From the NCBI GenBank assembly GCA_965644295.1, contig CBFFRP010000296.1:345946-409945 (forward strand): a stretch of 64,000 nucleotides of DNA, given 5' to 3'. Source of the DNA: Paraphysomonas bandaiensis. Lineage: Eukaryota > Protista > Chrysophyceae. The notes beneath the pieces are model-generated. The model worked only from the letters and a program-made list of their open reading frames with translations, searched no databases and had not been told where the DNA came from. Numbering within the stretch: the first letter of the stretch is position 1; every line of letters begins with the position of its first letter. Positions 57,901-64,000 of this stretch are shown here, piece after piece. The position numbers and the translations under genes are program-made.

Positions 57901-60900
57901 TCAGTGTTAGCGGGCAATCCAAGTGAAGTGTATGGGGGTATTTCTGATGATACTCACACCCCTTACCTTCAGGACGGGTTTGGCACAGATGCGTTACTGG
58001 CTTTTCCATCGAGTATAGCATATGACCCTGTGGAGGATGCTCTGTACTTCACAGAGAGTTTTACGGAGTTTAGCGATATTATCGATGATTTATATGTTGG
58101 CTCTATGACGGTTCGGAAGTACTCTGTGTACTCTGGCTATGTGAGTACGTATGCTGGTTATGACTTTTCTCAAAATCGCGATGAGCAAGGTTCATATTTC
58201 ACCGCTGGTGGTTATCAGGACGGTTGGGCTGGAGTAGCTCAGTTTTCGTATCCACTAACGATATGTTATGCGTTCTCTCATTTGAACCGGCCAGTGTTGT
58301 TTTTAACGGATTTCTTCAACGATGCAATTCGTGTGGTATATACTGGTATTGGGGCTGTGCCAGCATTGTCAACCACGTCGCCCACAATGCGGCCAACGCG
58401 TCTCCCAACATCTTTCCCTACGCAAGAGCCAACAATTACTCTAACATCACATCCCACCATCCGACCGAGTTTGAGTCCTACATCCACTCCTACACAAGTC
58501 CCATCTGTATCTCCGACATTGATACCTTCATATTTACCGACGACGTATCCCAGTACTACACCAAGTGGTGTTCCGACAAGGGTTCCTAGTGATGAACCTA
58601 GTCTACGTCCTACAACATCACGTCCTACGGTAGATGGAGAAACTGTGCAGCCGACACCCCTCCCCACATTACATCCTACACGTAGTCCTACACAGCATCC
58701 GACATCGAATCCCAGTTGCAGCCCAACCTTTCGACCAACCTTACCACCTACTTTCAATCCCACCCGAATTCCAACAACAATACCAACTTCATTACCCACG
58801 TCGAATCCGTCGTTTGCTCCAACATTATCCCCTACATCGAACCCGACGTTTACTCCAAGTGTAGATCCAAGTGGTGTTCCTAGCATGGTACCTAGTGGTG
58901 AGCCGAGTTCATCACCAGTGACGTCACATCCTACGGTGGATGGGGAAACGAACGCACCCACTCATTCTCCAACGGCTCGGCCTACACGAAGTCCGACAGT
59001 GCATCCTACATCACTACCTACTGTATTTCCTACTCTGAGTCCAACGGGTGTTCCCAGTAGTATTCCCAGTAGGGTTCCGACAAGTGTTCCGACGTTGAGT
59101 CCGACAGCGACTCCAACCCACGATCCGACGTCAGTACCGAGTGTATCTCCTACAGTGGATCCAACGCGTTCCCCAACTGTATCTCCAACAGTGTCCCCTA
59201 CATCGAACCCGACGTTTACTCCAAGTGTAGATCCAAGTGGTGTTCCTAGCATGGTACCTAGTGGTGAGCCGAGTGAATCTCCGACGTCACCGACGCTAGC
59301 TCCATCTATTGATTATAGATTTGTTAATGTGTCTACATATTTGGTTCGTGGTGGTGTAGTTGGAGTTGAGTTTGGGCAATATTTAGGCGATTCTGGTGTG
59401 TTTGTGAGTAATGGCACTACAGTACTCTTTATAGTTGGTGTCAGTGTGGATTCATATGATTCCACCGCATTCCACCAAGTTTTGATGGTGGCTGGTGGCT
59501 CAGTATCAGGCAGTCGGGATGGCAGTTTTGATAACAGTGACGCTTTATTTGCGAGTGTTAGTAGGATGAAATACGACGATATATCGAGCGTATTGTACGC
59601 ATGCAGCGACGAGAGTAATGTGATTCGAATACTTGATTTGGAAGGACGACATGTGCATACTATCTCTGATGTGGGTGGTACTCGATTGTTGTTTAGCAGT
59701 CGTCAAGGATACAACACGGGAGGTCGATTTCCTGGTATGGATATTGACAAGGCAGGTTCGTATTTATATGTGACGGATCGCACGAACTTGTACAACCTTA
59801 CTCGAGACGCGACATCTTCATCGATATCAGCGTATGTTCGTGAGGAATATGTAGCATTGACACAATTCAAGGCAGCTAATTCGTGGCCTGAGAATGTGTA
59901 CATATTTGGTGTTGCTTCTGTCGAGAGTCACGGCATGGTGTATGTGACAGTGTCCTTGGGTTTGAATCTGTTGTTAAAGATACCAATGCGTGTGGCGCAC
60001 TATTCGGAGATATCAGTGTTAGCGGGCAATCCAAGTGAAGTGTATGGGGGTATTTCTGATGATACTCACACCCCTTACCTTCAGGACGGGTTTGGCACAG
60101 ATGCGTTACTGGCTTTTCCATCGAGTATAGCATATGATCCTGTGGAGGATGCTCTGTACTTCACAGAGAGTTTTACGGAGTTTAGCGATATTATCGATGA
60201 TTTATATGTTGGCTCTATGACGGTTCGGAAGTACTCTGTGTACTCTGGCTATGTGAGTACGTATGCTGGTTATGACTTTTCTCAAAATCGCGATGAGCAA
60301 GGTTCATATTTCACCGCTGGTGGTTATCAGGACGGTTGGGCTGGAGTAGCTCAGTTTTCGTATCCACTAACGATATGTTATGCGTTCTCTCATTTGAACC
60401 GGCCAGTGTTGTTTTTAACGGATTTCTTCAACGATGCAATTCGTGTGGTATATACTGGTATTGGGGCTGTGCCAGCATTGTCAACCACGTCGCCCACAAT
60501 GCGGCCAACGCGTCTCCCAACATCTTTCCCTACGCAAGAGCCAACAATTACTCTAACATCACATCCCACCATCCGACCGAGTTTGAGTCCTACATCCACT
60601 CCTACACAAGTCCCATCTGTATCTCCGACATTGATACCTTCATATTTACCGACGACATATCCCAGTACTACACCAAGTGGTGTTCCGACAAGGGTTCCTA
60701 GTGATGAACCTAGTCTACGTCCTACAACATCACGTCCTACGGTAGATGGAGAAACTGTGCAGCCGACACCCTTCCCCACATTACATCCTACACGTAGTCC
60801 TACACAGCATCCGACATCGAATCCCAGTTGCAGCCCAACCTTTCGACCAACCTTACCACCTACTTTCAATCCCACCCGAATTCCAACAACAATACCAACT

Positions 60901-63900
60901 TCATTACCCACGTCGAATCCGTCGTTTGCTCCAACATTATCCCCTACATCGAACCCGACATTTACTCCAAGTGTAGATCCAAGTGGTGTTCCTAGCATGG
61001 TACCTAGTGGTGAGCCGAGTTCATCACCAGTGACGTCACATCCTACGGTGGATGGGGAAACGAACGCACCCACTCATTCTCCAACGGCTCGGCCTACACG
61101 AAGTCCGACAGTGCATCCTACATCACTACCTACTGTATTTCCTACTCTGAGTCCAACGGGTGTTCCCAGTAGTATTCCCAGTAGGGTTCCGACAAGTGTT
61201 CCGACGTTGAGTCCGACAGCGACTCCAACCCATGATCCGACGTCAGTACCGAGTGTATCTCCTACAGTGGATCCAACGCGTTCCCCAACTGTATCTCCAA
61301 CAGTGTCCCCTACATCGAACCCGACGTTTACTCCAAGTGTAGATCCAAGTGGTGTTCCTAGCATGGTACCTAGTGGTGAGCCGAGTGAATCTCCGACGTC
61401 ACCGACGCTAGCTCCATCTATTGATTATAGATTTGTTAATGTGTCTACATATTTGGTTCGTGGTGGTGTAGTTGGAGTTGAGTTTGGGCAATATTTAGGC
61501 GATTCTGGTGTGTTTGTGAGTAATGGTACTACAGTACTCTTTATAGTTGGTGTCAGTGTGGATTCATATGATTCCACCGCATTCCACCAAGTTTTGATGG
61601 TGGCTGGTGGCTCAGTATCAGGCAGTCGGGATGGCAGTTTTGATAGCAGTGACGCTTTATTTGCGAGTGTTAGTAGGATGAAATACGACGATATATCGAG
61701 CGTATTGTACGCATGCAACGACGAGAGTAATGTGATTCGAATACTTGATTTGGAAGGACGACATGTGCATACTATCTCTGATGTGGGTGGTAATCGATTG
61801 TTATTTAGCAGTCGTCAAGGATACAACACGGGAGGTCGATTTCCTGGTATGGATATTGACAAGGCAGGTTCGTATTTATATGTGACGGATCGCACGAACT
61901 TGTACAACCTTACTCGAGACACGACATCTTCATCGATATCAGCGTATGTTCGTGAGGAATATGTAGCATTGACACAATTCAAGGCAGCTAATTCGTGGCC
62001 TGAGAATGTGTACATATTTGGTGTTGCTTCTGTCGAGAGTCACGGCATGGTGTATGTGACAGTGTCCTTGGGTTTGAATCTGTTGTTGAAGATACCAATG
62101 CGTGTGGCGCACTATTCGGAGATATCAGTATTAGCGGGCAATCCAAGTGAAGTGTATGGGGGTATTTCTGATGATACTCACACCCCTTACCTTCAGGACG
62201 GGTTTGGCACAGATGCGTTACTGGCTTTTCCATCGAGTATAGCATATGACCCTGTGGAGGATGCTCTGTACTTCACAGAGAGTTTTACGGAGTTTAGCGA
62301 TATTATCGATGATTTATATGTTGGCTCTATGACGGTTCGGAAGTACTCTGTGTACTCTGGCTATGTGAGTACGTATGCTGGTTATGACTTTTCTCAAAAT
62401 CGCGATGAGCAAGGTTCATATTTCACCGCTGGTGGTTATCAGGACGGTTGGGCTGGAGTAGCTCAGTTTTCGTATCCACTAACGATATGTTATGCGTTCT
62501 CTCATTTGAACCGGCCAGTGTTGTTTTTAACGGATTTCTTCAACGATGCAATTCGTGTGGTATATACAGGTATTGGGGCTGTGCCAGTATTGTCAACCAC
62601 GTCGCCCACAATGCGGCCAACGCGTCTCCCAACATCTTTCCCTACGCAAGAGCCACCGATTACTCTAACATCACATCCCACCATCCGACCGAGTTTGAGT
62701 CCTACATCCACTCCTACACAAGTCCCATCTGTATCTCCGACATTGATACCTTCATATTTACCGACGTCATATCCCAGTACTACACCAAGTGGTGTTCCGA
62801 CAAGGGTTCCTAGTGATGAACCTAGTCTACGTCCTACAACATCACGTCCTACGGTAGATGGAGAAACTGTGCAGCCGACACCCTTCCCCACATTACATCC
62901 TACACGTAGTCCTACACAGCATCCGACATCGAATCCCAGTTGCAGCCCAACCTTTCGACCAACCTTACCACCTACTTTCAATCCCACCCGAATTCCAACA
63001 ACAATACCAACTTCATCACCCACGTCGAATCCGTCGTTTGCTCCAACATTATCCCCTACATCGAACCCGACGTTTACTCCAAGTATAGATCCAAGTGGTG
63101 TTCCTAGCATGGTACCTAGTGGTGAGCCGAGTTCATCACCAGTGACGTCACATCCTACGGTGGATGGGGAAACGAACGCACCCACTCATTCTCCAACGGC
63201 TCGGCCTACACGAAGTCCGACAGTGCATCCTACATCACTACCTACTGTATTTCCTACTCTGTGTCCAACGGGTGTTCCCAGTAGTATTCCCAGTAGGGTT
63301 CCGACAAGTGTTCCGACGTTGAGTCCGACAGCGACTCCAACCCACGATCCGACGTCAGTACCGAGTGTATCTCCTACAGTGGATCCAACGCGTTCCCCAA
63401 CTGTATCTCCAACAGTGTCCCCTACATCGAACCCGACGTTTACTCCAAGTGTAGATCCAAGTGGTGTTCCTAGCATGGTACCTAGTGGTGAGCCGAGTGA
63501 ATCTCCGACGTCACCGACGCTAGCTCCATCTATTGATTATAGATTTGTTAATGTGTCTACATATTTGGTTCGTGGTGGTGTAGTTGGAGTTGAGTTTGGG
63601 CAATATTTAGGCGATTCTGGTGTGTTTGTGAGTAATGGTACTACAGTACTCTTTATAGTTGGTGTCAGTGTGGATTCATATGATTCCACCGCATTCCACC
63701 AAGTTTTGATGGTGGCTGGTGGCTCAGTATCAGGCAGTCGGGATGGCAGTTTTGATAGCAGTGACGCTTTATTTGCGAGTGTTAGTAGGATGAAATACGA
63801 CGATATATCGAGCGTATTGTACGCATGCAGCGACGAGAGTAATGTGATTCGAATACTTGATTTGGAAGGACGATATGTGCATACTATCTCTGATGTGGGT

Positions 63901-64000
63901 GGTAATCGATTGTTGTTTAGCAGTCGTCAAGGATACAGCACGGGAGGTCGATTTCCTGGTATGGATATTGACAAGGCAGGTTCGTATTTATATGTGACGG
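42993..64000 (+). CDS. Giant secreted mucin-like protein with tandem NHL-type beta-propellers, >6,970 aa, runs off window
   Basis: Exon 1 42993-43047 (MQRLVWLLCACMMCVWRC), GT-AG intron 43048-43120, exon 2 from 43121 with no stop seen to 64000; Cys-rich head, Pro/Thr/Ser repeats, repeated globular domains. Confidence 0.9.
43450..50848 (+). repeat. Coding tandem array of 366-bp (122-aa) units, 19 full plus 2 partial
   Basis: Unit THSPTARPTRSPTVHPTSLPTVFP...SGEPSSSPVTSHPTVDGETNAP; 366-bp spacing visible in the antisense ORF starts; first unit has a 12-bp deletion. Confidence 0.97.
50535..64000 (+). repeat. Higher-order coding repeat of 2112 bp (704 aa): beta-propeller plus mucin linker, 6 complete and 1 partial
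   Basis: Propeller starts (ATTGATTATAGA) at 50881, 52993, 55105, 57196, 59308, 61420, 63532; one spacing is 2091 bp (+15 and -36 bp indels). Confidence 0.97.

Noticed and set aside
51276-63088. Repeated short ORFs in alternative frames within the 2112-bp units
   Set aside because: They recur only because the unit is duplicated and overlap the main reading frame; no independent evidence.
43341-63476. Series of minus-strand 84-232 aa Gly/Val-rich ORFs (MGAFVSPSTVG...) resembling a tandem gene array
   Set aside because: Antisense shadows of the Pro/Thr/Ser codons on the + strand; they abut with no intergenic space, while the + frame is continuous and has a signal peptide.

Overview
Eukaryotic nuclear DNA with short GT-AG introns; gene content and transposon type suggest a stramenopile protist (inference). 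About 15 protein-coding genes: a truncated membrane protein (possibly FPP-synthase-like), RBM34/Nop12-like RRM protein, NEK-like kinase apparently missing part of its N-lobe, cAMP-receptor-like GPCR, vasohibin, GT61 glycosyltransferase, Kelch-repeat membrane protein, PI4-kinase, SGNH hydrolase, ABCC transporter, PTP-domain protein with predicted signal peptide, FkbM methyltransferase, Bfr1-like coiled-coil protein, flavoprotein monooxygenase, and a giant secreted protein. The giant gene (42993 to beyond 64000) is absent from the ORF track because it has no stop in the window. Its second exon is >20.8 kb and the protein is >6,970 aa: signal peptide, Cys-rich head, about 20 copies of a 122-aa [T/S]xxP mucin unit, then at least 7 near-identical NHL-type beta-propellers spaced by mucin linkers. 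Fourteen of the 15 genes form head-to-head pairs, several sharing a CGGTATAC motif. Transposon relics (two hAT elements with 8-bp TSDs, a SINE-like insert with a 14-bp TSD) lie only in tail-to-tail gaps. All gene models were spliced and translated by eye; no searches were run.
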